Shown: positions 19,067-29,812, counted from the stretch's first letter. The stretch: 64,000 nt of DNA from Patescibacteria group bacterium (GCA_036381415.1 DASVCV010000004.1:33572-97571); one strand, 5' to 3'. Program-made: numbers and translations. The notes: generated from the sequence alone by a model not told the origin.

Positions 19067-19372
19067 TTATTTACTTTTTTTGTTTTGATTTTCTTTCAAT
19101 TGTTTAAGCTTCCACATAAAAAGTCTACCTTTGCTTTTTGCATTGTAGGCATCTGCAACATATGAGCGAGCGTCTTCCATTATTCTTCTTGGAGTGGTTT
19201 TGGCAAGTTTTATGTAGAGTGCTTTGTGTTTTAAATCATCAAGTTCAACTGCCAAATCATAACCATATTTTTGAAATTCTGCGGATACATATTTATCTCT
19301 GTCATTTTGAGAATCATACTTTTTCAAAATGTCTCCAATCTGTGAGAAGTTTTTGTTTCTTACTATTGCCAT
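19067..19372 (-). CDS. hypothetical basic small protein
   Basis: 101 aa; overlaps pth by 10 nt. Confidence 0.35.
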   Translation of the reverse strand: MAIVRNKNFSQIGDILKKYDSQNDRDKYVSAEFQKYGYDLAVELDDLKHKALYIKLAKTTPRRIMEDARSYVADAYNAKSKGRLFMWKLKQLKENQNKKSK

Positions 19373-19914
19373 GTTTTAGTTATTTCCTCCACTATTTTAC
19401 TAATCACAATTCCCAATTTTTCTTCTTCATCTTTTGCAAAATTTTGAAGAACATATACTTCTCCGGGAACTCTTAAGTTTTGGTCTCTATTATCAACTCC
19501 AACTCTAATTCTTACAAAATCATTGCTTCCTAATTCGTTTTCTACTGAGAGTAGCCCATTATGAAGGGCGGGCCCTTTTGCTTTTTGGATTTTATATTCT
19601 CCAAGAGGAATATCTAAATCATCATGAATAATATACAAATCATTTAAAGGTGTTTTAAACCTTCCAATTAATCTTTTTACAGCTAAGCCTGAGTCATTCA
19701 TAAAGACAAGGGGTTTTGCTAGTAATGCATGAGGAGGATATTCAATAACAGTTGCTTGTAATAATTTAATTTGAGATCTTTGAGACAACGGAATAACTTT
19801 TTTATGCTCCCCTTCCATGTAGGCATTTAGGGAATCAATTACCATAAAGCCTACATTGTGCCGATTCTTTGCATAAGAATCACCGGGGTTACCGAGACCT
19901 ACAAACATCTTCAT
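19363..19914 (-). CDS. pth: peptidyl-tRNA hydrolase
   Basis: VGLGNPG...NRHNVGF N-terminal signature. Confidence 0.9.
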   Translation of the reverse strand: MKMFVGLGNPGDSYAKNRHNVGFMVIDSLNAYMEGEHKKVIPLSQRSQIKLLQATVIEYPPHALLAKPLVFMNDSGLAVKRLIGRFKTPLNDLYIIHDDLDIPLGEYKIQKAKGPALHNGLLSVENELGSNDFVRIRVGVDNRDQNLRVPGEVYVLQNFAKDEEEKLGIVISKIVEEITKTWQ

Positions 19915-19963
19915 ATAGATGAAGTAATTCTACCACGGAATTTGCTTAGGTTATATAAGTTTA

Positions 19964-20290
19964 TTAAACTTTTTGAACCATCTGTCTTGCAAATTTTCCA
20001 AGTACTGGTAGTTCCCACTCTTCACCTTGCCATGCTTTGTACATTAATACTAACCAAACTATAAATTCACCAATCCAAAGTAAGGGCAAAATTAAAGCTA
20101 AGATGATTGTAAAGCCTAAAACCATGTCTAATACTACAACTGCAATAGAGAAAACTATTGATTGCATAGCATGAAATCTCACATACTTATCTTTTTCTAA
20201 GGCCAAAAATAAAACTCCGCTTACTGGGCCTAAAACATAAGAAAGAGCTGCTGCTGTGTTTTTATTTAATCCTGTTCCGCTTGCTGCCAT
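19964..20290 (-). CDS. DUF4870-like membrane protein
   Basis: YVLGPVSGVLFLALEKDKYVRFHAMQSI pattern, 3 TM. Confidence 0.5.
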   Translation of the reverse strand: MAASGTGLNKNTAAALSYVLGPVSGVLFLALEKDKYVRFHAMQSIVFSIAVVVLDMVLGFTIILALILPLLWIGEFIVWLVLMYKAWQGEEWELPVLGKFARQMVQKV

Positions 20291-20347
20291 TAATAATCAC
20301 CTCCTTGTCTATTAATGATTTCAAAAAAGGCTAGCTTGGTCAATACC

Positions 20348-21733
20348 CTAAATTGATAATATTGTTTTTAACGTTAGGTATCCAAAAAACGAGAATGCTA
20401 GAAGCATTATTAAAACTCTAATTAAACTAGGCCGCACTTCTTTGTCTAAACTTTTAAGATTAAGAAATAGTGTAAATAGGATATGAACAAACATGGCAAA
20501 AGCATTAATTACTGCACTTAAGGTAAGAAGAAATAAAGGTTCTCCAAATCTTCCCAGAAATACGATTACTCCAAAGATTATTTGAGCCCAAAGAAAAGAA
20601 TAATAGATTTTAGGAAGATGTTTTGTTTTCCAACTTTCATGTCTAATTATTAATAAATTTTCTGACATAATTCTGCTTGTTGCATCAAGCACTGTCATTT
20701 GTGTTGAAAAAAGAAGAACACCTGCAATTAAAAGAAACATGGGAGCTACAAATGGAAAGGTTTTTTTAGCTATTTCATATGCTTCAAAAATGACAAAGTT
20801 AATACCTTGAGATGGAAGCATTTTCCCAAAAACAGAAGAGTAAGCCAAAAGCCCCAGAAGTAAAATAGTAGCTATACCACCCAACCAGAATACTAAAAAG
20901 TGTTCGATGTTTACTAACTTCCACCATCTTTTAAACTTTTTTAAATTTTCAATTGTCATTTCAAACCGAGTTCCTTCAAGTTTTATTTCCTCTACTTCCC
21001 CGGTCAAAATGCTTGTAATCCTCCCACTAAACTTTCCCATCCCATACCCTTTTTCTTTTATGTAAAAGGATTGGGCAAGATTTAAGTTACCACCAGCTCC
21101 TGAGAAAGCAAATGCAGCCAAAAATGAGATGATTGGAATATTGACAGGCAAGAACTTATATCCCTGTCCAGTTCCTACTATCCCTTGGATTAAAGAAATC
21201 CAGTCGGAATTTTTAGATATAAATAAGGTTATCGCTAAAATAAGAGGTATGGAAAAAAGAAGAATGAAAATACTTATTTTTTCTACTGTTTTATAGAGAA
21301 TAGATCCTATGGTTAGTATTCCACCCATGGCTATTAGAAATGCTATTGCAAGGATCCTGTAATCATTTAAGCCTAAGACGCTACTAATAAGGTAGGCTGA
21401 AGAACCTACTATGCCTGGCCAACCAAAACCAACAAATGTGGACATTATAAACCAGAAAGGAGCTACTCTTAGTTTTCTAGCAAAGCCTACAAAAATGCTT
21501 TCCCCACGAACGAGAGAGTATCTCTCTATTTCCATGTTTATGAAAAACTGTAACGTGACACCAAGTACTGCTCCCCAGATTATTCCCATTCCAAAATTTG
21601 AAGTTAAATATGGCCAAAGAATTAATTCTCCACTTCCTAATCCAAGGCCCAGTAGAATAAAGCTTGGTCCAAGAAGCTTCCTAAAACTTGGAGGAGAAGG
21701 CATATCTTTTACTTTGTGTTTTTCTAGATTCAC
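20348..21733 (-). CDS. Nramp-family divalent metal cation transporter
   Basis: 11-12 TM; GLGLGSGELILWPYLTSNFGMGIIWGA...INMEIERYSLVRGE resembles Nramp TM1-3 motifs. Confidence 0.65.
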   Translation of the reverse strand: MNLEKHKVKDMPSPPSFRKLLGPSFILLGLGLGSGELILWPYLTSNFGMGIIWGAVLGVTLQFFINMEIERYSLVRGESIFVGFARKLRVAPFWFIMSTFVGFGWPGIVGSSAYLISSVLGLNDYRILAIAFLIAMGGILTIGSILYKTVEKISIFILLFSIPLILAITLFISKNSDWISLIQGIVGTGQGYKFLPVNIPIISFLAAFAFSGAGGNLNLAQSFYIKEKGYGMGKFSGRITSILTGEVEEIKLEGTRFEMTIENLKKFKRWWKLVNIEHFLVFWLGGIATILLLGLLAYSSVFGKMLPSQGINFVIFEAYEIAKKTFPFVAPMFLLIAGVLLFSTQMTVLDATSRIMSENLLIIRHESWKTKHLPKIYYSFLWAQIIFGVIVFLGRFGEPLFLLTLSAVINAFAMFVHILFTLFLNLKSLDKEVRPSLIRVLIMLLAFSFFGYLTLKTILSI

Positions 21734-21755
21734 TACACCATCGTAGCATATCTTT

Positions 21756-23459
21756 TTATTTCTTTTGAAGTTTATATAATCTTTCTATTTCTTTTGTGGT
21801 TGTTGCATCTTTTGCACTTTTATCCTCTCTTAATTGGACAAGGCGAGGAAAACGAAGTGCATATCCAGCTGTGTGATTGGGGCTTTTGGTAATATCATCA
21901 GCTGCAATTTCTACAACGAGCTGAGGCTCAACCCAATAGTCTGGTTCTAGGATTTTGGCTACCTCATATTCTTTAGGTTTTTGGTTAACTTTTAGCTTCT
22001 GAAGTTTTTCATTTAAAGATTTAAACTGAATATCTGTTAAGCCAGTTCCTACTTTAGTTATTGTCTTTATTTGTTCACCATCTTTAACTCCTACCAAAAA
22101 TTGCCCTAGACCAAAGCTTGCTCTTTTACCAAGACCTACTGTGTAGCCCATTACTACTCCATCTACAGTATCTGTTAACTTACCTTGGGTTAACTCTGTT
22201 TGCTTCATTTTTACCCAGCGCCACCCAGTTCGTCCTGGGACATATTCACTATCTATTTTTTTAACCATTATTCCTTCTAGTCCTTCTTTTCTTTTTTGAG
22301 CATATAAACTAGATATTACTTGAGGGTTATCTGTTGCAATTTCTTCATCTAATCTTAAAAGAGAATTTCCTAAAACTACCTTTTTTAAGATTTCTCTTCT
22401 TTCTAGGTAGGGTTTGTCCATTAGGCTATTTCCATTTACATACATGACATCAAAGACATAGAAAGTAATTGGAATTCGGTTGGCAAATTCATTTATCTCG
22501 TGCTTTCTTCTTCTGGTCATAGTTGTTTGAAAATCAAGAAGAGATTTTGTTTTTTCATCAATTCCAATTCCTTCAGTATCTAGTATTATTTCATTTGCAT
22601 TTAGATGCTCCCCTACTTTTTCAAGCTCTGGAAACATTTCTGATATGTCATGCAAGTTTCTTGTAAAGGCATGAACTTTTTTGCCTTTTTTAAAGTGGAT
22701 TTGAACACGAACTCCGTCAAACTTCGGTTCTACTGCAACTTTGCCCATTTTCTTAATCATCTCAGATGGGTTTCCTATTCTTTGAGCAAGCATTGGAGCA
22801 ATGGGAATTCCTAAAACTGGCTTGGGATTGGAAGTTGCTTTTTTAATTCCTAACTCCTTTACTTTTTTGGCAAGAAGTCCAATATCAGGAAGAACTTCAT
22901 ATGCATGTGTTAGTTCCTTCTTTCCTGACTTATCCTTCTTTTCATACCAAGAAAGGGCATCAATTATAGTCAGATCTGAAAAACCTAACCTTAATTTTCC
23001 TAATGGAATTCTTGCAACAAACTTTGCTGAAAGAGGGTCTAGAGACTTAAAAAGATTAGACATCTTTTCCACTCTTCTTTCTTGGCTTCCTTCTCCCCCT
23101 TCTTTGGCAATTTCAACTAATTTGTCATACACACTTGATACTTCTTGGCCATCTCCTTTTGCTTTGGCATATTTATATGCAACAGTTCCTAAATCTCCCT
23201 TTTCCCTATATTGTTCTTTTACTTTTTCAATATCAACTGAGTATGCTTTTGCAAGAACTCTAATCATCATTTGATCAGCGATATTAAATATGATGTTTCT
23301 AAAAGATGGAGCAAGAGTACCTAGTGAAAGATATACTATTTTATCAATTTCTTCTTTACTTGATTTTTCAAAAAGACTGGCAAGAATTTCTGTTATCTCA
23401 TTTCTTGAGGCTGTACTTTCTAGTTTTTGGAGGTAGTTACTAAACTCACTTATCTTCAT
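21756..23459 (-). CDS. ATP-dependent DNA ligase
   Basis: KxDG adenylation motif (EPKFDGVRVQIH), N-terminal DNA-binding domain and OB-fold region. Confidence 0.9.
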   Translation of the reverse strand: MKISEFSNYLQKLESTASRNEITEILASLFEKSSKEEIDKIVYLSLGTLAPSFRNIIFNIADQMMIRVLAKAYSVDIEKVKEQYREKGDLGTVAYKYAKAKGDGQEVSSVYDKLVEIAKEGGEGSQERRVEKMSNLFKSLDPLSAKFVARIPLGKLRLGFSDLTIIDALSWYEKKDKSGKKELTHAYEVLPDIGLLAKKVKELGIKKATSNPKPVLGIPIAPMLAQRIGNPSEMIKKMGKVAVEPKFDGVRVQIHFKKGKKVHAFTRNLHDISEMFPELEKVGEHLNANEIILDTEGIGIDEKTKSLLDFQTTMTRRRKHEINEFANRIPITFYVFDVMYVNGNSLMDKPYLERREILKKVVLGNSLLRLDEEIATDNPQVISSLYAQKRKEGLEGIMVKKIDSEYVPGRTGWRWVKMKQTELTQGKLTDTVDGVVMGYTVGLGKRASFGLGQFLVGVKDGEQIKTITKVGTGLTDIQFKSLNEKLQKLKVNQKPKEYEVAKILEPDYWVEPQLVVEIAADDITKSPNHTAGYALRFPRLVQLREDKSAKDATTTKEIERLYKLQKK

Positions 23460-23465
23460 ATATTT

Positions 23466-24539
23466 TTAGTTTGATGCATTTATAACATATCTTGCAGCTT
23501 TTGTTGCTCCTTCTTTTTTAATTATACCCTTGTCCATGAGATCTTTCAGGTCACGAAGTACGGTGTCTTCTGAAACCATGGGAAGTATGCTTTTAAGATC
23601 TTTCATAATGGAAAATCCCTGGTCAGAAAGATATTCAACAAGTCTCATTTGACGCTCTGAGAGAGCTACTTGCTCACCAATTTTTACTTTAAGACGAGTA
23701 TCAATGGAAAGCTTTCTTACCTTTTCTTTTATTTTTGAAAGTTCAACAGCAACCACTTCTGAGAAATACTCAAGCCAGGGAGTAAGATCACGTCCTGCAA
23801 TATTTTTTGACTGAGTATCTACTACTGCAAATGCATCATAATAGGAAGCTAAGTCACGGTCAAAGTGTTCTTCAAGTGAGAAAAATCTTTTGATGTCATA
23901 TCCTTCCTTAAGAAGAACTAAGAGTGTAAATGCTCTAATTGCCCTACCGTTTCCTTCTACAAAAGGATGAATGGAAACTAAAACATAGTGAGTAATGCCA
24001 GCTCTAAGAACTGGATGAATATCTTGGGAGAAAGGTGAATTAAGCCAAGTAAAAAAATCTTCAATTAAATAAGGTACTTCAACAAAAGGTGGAGGAGTAA
24101 AAATTACTCTTCCTGTTCCTTCTTCTCTAATTACAACCTGGCTTGTTCTTAGAACTCCTATTTTTTCAGGAGAGACTATTTTTTCAACAACATATTTATG
24201 AATTTCTAAAAGATCTTTTGCATTGTAATCCCCTTTTTCAGTTCTTACTCTTTCTAAAACATTCATTGCATTTCTGTAATTGATTACTTCTTGGACATCG
24301 CGAGCACGGCCGTAAACTTCTTGGCCTTCAAGTACTTTTTTAGTTTGAATCATAGTTAGATCATTTCCCTCAATGTGGGTTCCATGATAGATAGTTCTTG
24401 TTAAAGCATCTGTTTGGAACTGTTTTTCAAAGGAAGGAACAAGCGGAGCATTTTCAATGACTTCTTTGCTGGCTTCAATTGCACCAATATTTTTTAATAT
24501 TTTATTTGATATTACAAACTTAGGAGCATACATAGCCAT
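23466..24539 (-). CDS. Fic-family AMPylase-like protein with C-terminal winged helix
   Basis: Fic motif HPFVEGNGRAIRAF. Confidence 0.85.
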   Translation of the reverse strand: MAMYAPKFVISNKILKNIGAIEASKEVIENAPLVPSFEKQFQTDALTRTIYHGTHIEGNDLTMIQTKKVLEGQEVYGRARDVQEVINYRNAMNVLERVRTEKGDYNAKDLLEIHKYVVEKIVSPEKIGVLRTSQVVIREEGTGRVIFTPPPFVEVPYLIEDFFTWLNSPFSQDIHPVLRAGITHYVLVSIHPFVEGNGRAIRAFTLLVLLKEGYDIKRFFSLEEHFDRDLASYYDAFAVVDTQSKNIAGRDLTPWLEYFSEVVAVELSKIKEKVRKLSIDTRLKVKIGEQVALSERQMRLVEYLSDQGFSIMKDLKSILPMVSEDTVLRDLKDLMDKGIIKKEGATKAARYVINASN

Positions 24540-24569
24540 ATTTTAACGCAGATTTTGCGGAAAACAAGA

Positions 24570-25427
24570 TCAGATCAAAGAAGAAAGTGTCTGAGGGATT
24601 TTATTTGCTAGATCATCAGCATTGTAATAAACTCCTTTTTCTTTTTGCAGTTCATCTGCTGCTGCCTTAACTATGAAGGCACCTGCACAAGCTGAAAGGA
24701 GTGGATCATTTTTAGCTAATAGGGCGGCAGTTAGACCTGCTTGAACATCTCCTGTTCCCCCTTTTGTAAGACCTGGGTTTCCTCCATGTACTTCTATTAT
24801 TTCTTCTTTAGAATAAACAAGAGTTGTTGGACCTTTAATAACAATAATGCAATTGTATTTTTTGGCTGCAACTTCTGGATCCATTTTGCCAAAAAGAATT
24901 TGGTATTCTTTTTTATTAGGAGTAAGAATTGCATTGGAAGGAATCCAATCCGGATCCATTGTTTGAAGTGATCCTGCATCAATTACCCATTTTTTATTTG
25001 GAAATTTTGTTAAAAGGGCTTTTGTTATTTCTTTTGTTTTTTGACACTCTTCATCGCATTCAATATGCCTTTTTCCATTTGGAGTTTTCTCACTTCCAAA
25101 TCTCATAAAACCGGGACCAATTAAAATCGCATCTGATTTTTTAATATATTCCTCTTTATCCTCCCAAGGAATCCAAATAAAGGACATTAATTTTGATTTA
25201 AGATTTTGGGCAACCATTCCTACAGATTTTTCAGGAGTGGCAAAGAAAACCATATCTACAATTCTGGAAGCTACTATTAAAGGCAAAATGGGTGCTCCGT
25301 GGAAAAGGGAGGATCCGCCGATAATTGTTACTTGGCCATTATCTTCTCCATTTGAAGTGCCTGCAGGTTTAAAAAGTTTTTTTAGATTAGCTTTATCAAA
25401 ATGATGAACTTGTTTATTAAAAATCAT
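24570..25427 (-). CDS. NAD(P)H-hydrate dehydratase (YjeF C-terminal/Nnr family)
   Basis: GGTGDVQAGLTAALLAKN motif. Confidence 0.8.
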   Translation of the reverse strand: MIFNKQVHHFDKANLKKLFKPAGTSNGEDNGQVTIIGGSSLFHGAPILPLIVASRIVDMVFFATPEKSVGMVAQNLKSKLMSFIWIPWEDKEEYIKKSDAILIGPGFMRFGSEKTPNGKRHIECDEECQKTKEITKALLTKFPNKKWVIDAGSLQTMDPDWIPSNAILTPNKKEYQILFGKMDPEVAAKKYNCIIVIKGPTTLVYSKEEIIEVHGGNPGLTKGGTGDVQAGLTAALLAKNDPLLSACAGAFIVKAAADELQKEKGVYYNADDLANKIPQTLSSLI

Positions 25428-25716
25428 ATTGGTTTTATAATAGCATACCCGACCTTAGTAATGGCTAAAAAAAAGGAGACAAAAAAAGAGAGATCTTTAA
25501 GAAAGGAAACTATTAATCAGTTGCTGAATTTAGTAACTGCAAGCTTTGGATGGTTGCAGCGCTCGCATGGAATCAAGTTATACAGGAACTTATAAATAAC
25601 TACATAAAGCCTTTCTTTGGAGGAAATTCAGGATTAATCTCACTTGTTATATATGCTTTAATAATTACATTGATTGCAGTAGCTATTACGTATTTTTTAG
25701 CAAAATTCAAGAAGGA

Positions 25717-25923
25717 TTAATTATTGCTTTGGTCTAGATGGTCTAGGAGTCTTTTCTCTCCATTTAAACTTCTATTTTTACGTGGGGGCCGAATGGTAAA
25801 TACCGGTTCTGGTTGAATTGCTTCCTCATCAACTCGTTTTTCCTGGGTTTTGTCTAGTTTTGCTAGATCAAGAAGTGGTTGCTGATTTTCATCTCTGACT
25901 ATTTCTCTTGCCATAATTGTCAC
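25717..25923 (-). CDS. hypothetical small protein
   Basis: 68 aa; ATGA overlap with recF stop. Confidence 0.3.
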   Translation of the reverse strand: MTIMAREIVRDENQQPLLDLAKLDKTQEKRVDEEAIQPEPVFTIRPPRKNRSLNGEKRLLDHLDQSNN

Positions 25924-26966
25924 AATTCTATTTTGATTAGCTCATCTGTGTCAAGGATGAAATGCGGATCAGCGGTTGTTATTATAGTTTGCTGCTTCTT
26001 TGCAAAACTTAAAACTACGTCTCTATGTTTGTCATCCAGTTCTGAAAATATATCATCTAAAAGGAGCGTTGGTCTTACACCAGCCTCTTTTTCAATGTAG
26101 GAAAGCTCGGCAAGTTTAATCCAGAGTACTCCCATTCGTTGTTCTCCCCTACTTCCATATTTTGCTAGATTTCTTTTTTTGCCAATCTCAAAGACAAAAT
26201 CATCTCTATGGGGACCAACAAGAGTGGTAGCAGCTGCTACTTCTTCTTGGGCATACTCCACAAGTCTTTCTTCACTAATTGCACTTTTGTCATACAAAAT
26301 AGTAAATTCCTGGTCTTCTAAGGCAGGTGTGGTATTAATATATGAAATTAAATCCTGTCTTTTTTCAGATATATAATCTCCATTTTTAATTAAGAGTTTG
26401 TCCCAGAAAAGAAGTTGAGAACGGGAAGCCCCTTCATCTCTTATTTTTTGTAAGATTCTGTTTCTTTGTCTTACACCTTTTTCGTATGAAAGAAGAGCAC
26501 GCCTATATTCTCTATCTACCTGGGACATAACACTATCTAAAAATTTTCTTCTGATACTTGGTGACTCACTTACTAAATCCAGGTCTTGTGGAGCAAAAAG
26601 CACTACTTTAAAAATTCCAGCAAAATCTATGAGTCTTTTAGAAATTCCTTTTACAAGAAGCTTTTTTCTGGGAGTTTTTTCATACCTATCATCTCCAACT
26701 GACATCTGGCCTTTTGTTAAAACAACTTCAAGAGTGGATTTATCTTCTAGAAGTCCTTTTGCCCTTGCTAATTCTTCATTATAGTTAATCATCTCTTCTT
26801 CTAAACTTGCTTTAAAACTTTTCCCAGTAGAAAGAAGGAAAAGAGATTCTAAAAGATTTGTTTTACCTGAGGCATTGGGACCAATAATTACAGTAGTATT
26901 AGGAGAAAACTCAAATACAGAATCCTTAAAATTTCTAAAATCCTTGAGCCTTATTTTTTGAATCAT
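25920..26966 (-). CDS. recF: DNA replication/repair protein RecF
   Basis: Walker A GPNASGKTNLLESL, SMC-like signature and Walker B LLLDDIFSELD. Confidence 0.9.
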   Translation of the reverse strand: MIQKIRLKDFRNFKDSVFEFSPNTTVIIGPNASGKTNLLESLFLLSTGKSFKASLEEEMINYNEELARAKGLLEDKSTLEVVLTKGQMSVGDDRYEKTPRKKLLVKGISKRLIDFAGIFKVVLFAPQDLDLVSESPSIRRKFLDSVMSQVDREYRRALLSYEKGVRQRNRILQKIRDEGASRSQLLFWDKLLIKNGDYISEKRQDLISYINTTPALEDQEFTILYDKSAISEERLVEYAQEEVAAATTLVGPHRDDFVFEIGKKRNLAKYGSRGEQRMGVLWIKLAELSYIEKEAGVRPTLLLDDIFSELDDKHRDVVLSFAKKQQTIITTADPHFILDTDELIKIEL

Positions 26967-27814
26967 TTAATCCTTTGGCAATTGGGACAGAAGTAAGTTC
27001 CGCGTCCGCCAACTCTAATCTTTTCTATTTTTTCTTTTTTGCATATGGGACAGATTGTTCCTTCTTTTCCATATGCTATAAAATGGTTTTGGTACTGTCC
27101 TTCTGTACCACCTGCTGTGACAAAAGAAAGCTCACTTGCTCCTCCACTTTCAATTCCCTTTTTCAAAACTTTTAATATATTGTCGTATAAAGTTTCTTGT
27201 TCAGAAGAGGTTAGGCTACTAGCTGGTCTTTTGGGGTGAATTTTTGAAAGAAGAAGGGCATCATTAGCATAGATATTTCCTACTCCACCTATTTTTTCTT
27301 GGTCCATAATTACAACCTTAATGGGAGTTTTAGGCTTAGAAACAATATTTTTAAATAAATCCTTGGTTAACTTTCCGAATGGTTCTGGGCCAAGCTTCCC
27401 AATGAATGATGATTTTTCTACATCTGTTGTTTTTATCACTTTAATCCATCCAAATTTTCTAACATCGTTGTAGTAAAGAAGACCATTTTTGTCTAATTTA
27501 AAAATTACGTGAGTATGTTTGTCACCCAAACCTTGGACTTTTTTAGATATTTGTGGAGGATTTGAAAGATTTGGCCCTCTATAAATAAGCTGGCCTGTTA
27601 ATTTAATGTGAATTACAATTGAGTATCCATTTGACAGATCAATTGAAAGAACTTTGGCAAAACGTCTTACTACTTTTATTTTCCCACCAATTAAGTCTTT
27701 TGGATTTCCTGTAAAAACTTTTGGAGTGTGAAGATCAACATCAATAATAGTGTGTCCAACAAGATATTTGTTTAATCCTCTTTTAACTGTTTCTACTTCA
27801 GGAAGTTCTGGCAT
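26963..27814 (-). CDS. mutM: formamidopyrimidine-DNA glycosylase
   Basis: N-terminal MPELPEVE, C-terminal zinc finger CPICKK...CPNC. Confidence 0.9.
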   Translation of the reverse strand: MPELPEVETVKRGLNKYLVGHTIIDVDLHTPKVFTGNPKDLIGGKIKVVRRFAKVLSIDLSNGYSIVIHIKLTGQLIYRGPNLSNPPQISKKVQGLGDKHTHVIFKLDKNGLLYYNDVRKFGWIKVIKTTDVEKSSFIGKLGPEPFGKLTKDLFKNIVSKPKTPIKVVIMDQEKIGGVGNIYANDALLLSKIHPKRPASSLTSSEQETLYDNILKVLKKGIESGGASELSFVTAGGTEGQYQNHFIAYGKEGTICPICKKEKIEKIRVGGRGTYFCPNCQRIK

Positions 27815-28919
27815 GGTTTAGTATATATTGCTTTATTTCTTTTTCAAATCTAGCTTTCTCAAATCTTTTTGCATTTTTAACACATTCAGAAGATTTGATA
27901 CTAACTCTTTTTAATTTAGATATTGCAGAAACTATGGAATCAGCTGTTAGTTCATCAAAAAATATTCCTGTTTTTGATTCTATTACTGATTCTAAATATC
28001 CTCCACCTTTATATGCAATGACAGGAGTACCTCCCGCCTGGGCTTCAACAACAGTCATTCCAAAGTCTTCATCTTTTTGAGCTGCTATGAAAGCATTTGC
28101 GCCTTTGTAATATGAAATTAGTTCTTCATCATTTAGTTTTCCTAAGAATTCAATGTTATTTCCCGATATCTTTCTTAATTCTTCTTCTAATATTCCAGAG
28201 CCAAAAATCTTTAGATTAACTTTGGCTTTCTCACATGCTTTAATAACAAGATGAAAGTTTTTGGCTGCAACCATTCTTCCACCTGTTAGAAAATAATTAC
28301 CATCTTTGGGGGTTAATTTAGAATTTATTATTCTTTCAACTTCAACAGGAGGATAGATTACATCTGCTTTACGCTGGTAGTATTTTTCAATTCTATTTGC
28401 GGTATTGGCACTATTTGCAATGAAGTAATCTACTTTTTTAGAAGCTTTAGCATCATATATTCTCATGAAACGGTTAACTAAAGCTGCATAAATATCAACT
28501 GCCTTTCTATACCACTTTTCTTTCCATCTTCTTGAAGTGTCAAAACCATATAAATACCTAGGAGGTGTGTGACAGTAGCAAATTTCTATCTGGTTCTTTC
28601 TGGTTTTAAAACCACGAGTGATTGCCCAACTTGAACTATCAATAATTAGGTCAAACTTTGAAAGATCAAAACTTCCCCAGATAGCAGGAAGAAGAAACCT
28701 TAAGGGAGAAATTAATTTGGAAGAAAATGGAATATACTGGAACCAGGAAGTTTTAACGTTTAGTTTTTCAAACTTCTCCCAGAACTTTCCCATCTTTTTT
28801 TTGTCTTTGATGCATACAAAAATTGGAGCAGCAGGATATATATCATGAAGAGCAAGAAGAACTTGTTCTGCTCCTCCATAATCTATTAAGTAATCGTGTG
28901 TGATTGCAATTTTTGTCAT
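27798..28919 (-). CDS. GT4-family glycosyltransferase
   Basis: EDFGMTVVEAQAGGTPVIA motif. Confidence 0.85.
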   Translation of the reverse strand: MTKIAITHDYLIDYGGAEQVLLALHDIYPAAPIFVCIKDKKKMGKFWEKFEKLNVKTSWFQYIPFSSKLISPLRFLLPAIWGSFDLSKFDLIIDSSSWAITRGFKTRKNQIEICYCHTPPRYLYGFDTSRRWKEKWYRKAVDIYAALVNRFMRIYDAKASKKVDYFIANSANTANRIEKYYQRKADVIYPPVEVERIINSKLTPKDGNYFLTGGRMVAAKNFHLVIKACEKAKVNLKIFGSGILEEELRKISGNNIEFLGKLNDEELISYYKGANAFIAAQKDEDFGMTVVEAQAGGTPVIAYKGGGYLESVIESKTGIFFDELTADSIVSAISKLKRVSIKSSECVKNAKRFEKARFEKEIKQYILNHARTS

Positions 28920-29812
28920 ACCAGACTCATTTGTTTTTCTTCATCAACCTTTTTACCTACTTTTATTACTCTTTGAGTTAATGTTTTAAAGCCAAACTTC
29001 TCAAAAAGATTGAGTGTTTTTTTATTGTCTATATCCCATTTTTGCGCTTTTTCTAGATGAAATGTAACTGGAACATCACAAACAATGGTTGCAAGCTTTT
29101 TTGACATGCCTGCTGACTCTATTCCTTCTGCTAATTTTTTTGAAACTTTTGGAGAAATAAGAGCTAGGTTTTCATATATTTTTTCTAATGTTTGATATTT
29201 TTCAATTAGTGAGATTGCAGTTTTGGGACCCACTCCTGGGACGCCTGGATAGTTGTCAGATGAATCCCCCACTAATGCTTTGTAATCTACAATCTGATTT
29301 GGTTTTACCCCTAATCTTTCTACCACATCATTTTCTCCATATACTTTTCCTTCTGATAGTCCACGGACTGGCATGTATACTTTTACTCTACCATCAACCA
29401 ACTGGAGAATGTCACGGTCACCTGTGACAATTACTACTTCATCTACCTTTTCAGTTTGTTTTGCAATAGTTCCTAAAACGTCATCTGCTTCATATCCTTC
29501 CTGTTTATAAATAGGGATATCCATTGCATCTAAAACTTTGTAAATAATTTCAAACTGAGAAGAAAGATCTGATTCAAGACGAGGTCTATGGGCTTGGTAT
29601 CCTATATATTGGGCATGTCTAAAAGTTGGTTTGGGAGTGTCAAAGCAAACTGCAATATGAGTTGGCTTAAGAGTTGTGACAATACCAAGTAGCATTGAAA
29701 TAAATCCATACACTGCATTTATCTGCACTCCATCTTTAGATGTTAATGGAGGAAGAGCATGATAGGCTCTGTGAAGAATGGCATTTCCATCAATAAGAAT
29801 TAGTTTAGTCAC
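28916..29812 (-). CDS. standalone 5'-3' exonuclease (Pol I N-terminal/FEN-like)
   Basis: LILIDGNAILHRAYHA, GDRDILQL, H3TH region GVPGVGPKTA; no polymerase domain. Confidence 0.85.
   Translation of the reverse strand: MTKLILIDGNAILHRAYHALPPLTSKDGVQINAVYGFISMLLGIVTTLKPTHIAVCFDTPKPTFRHAQYIGYQAHRPRLESDLSSQFEIIYKVLDAMDIPIYKQEGYEADDVLGTIAKQTEKVDEVVIVTGDRDILQLVDGRVKVYMPVRGLSEGKVYGENDVVERLGVKPNQIVDYKALVGDSSDNYPGVPGVGPKTAISLIEKYQTLEKIYENLALISPKVSKKLAEGIESAGMSKKLATIVCDVPVTFHLEKAQKWDIDNKKTLNLFEKFGFKTLTQRVIKVGKKVDEEKQMSLV

Noticed and set aside
25550-25720. 56-aa single-TM ORF (MVAALAWNQVIQELINNYIKPFFGG...) in the nnr-recF intergenic gap
   Set aside because: No SD; overlaps a convergent 68-aa ORF and a frame-shifted track ORF; cannot decide which, if any, is real.
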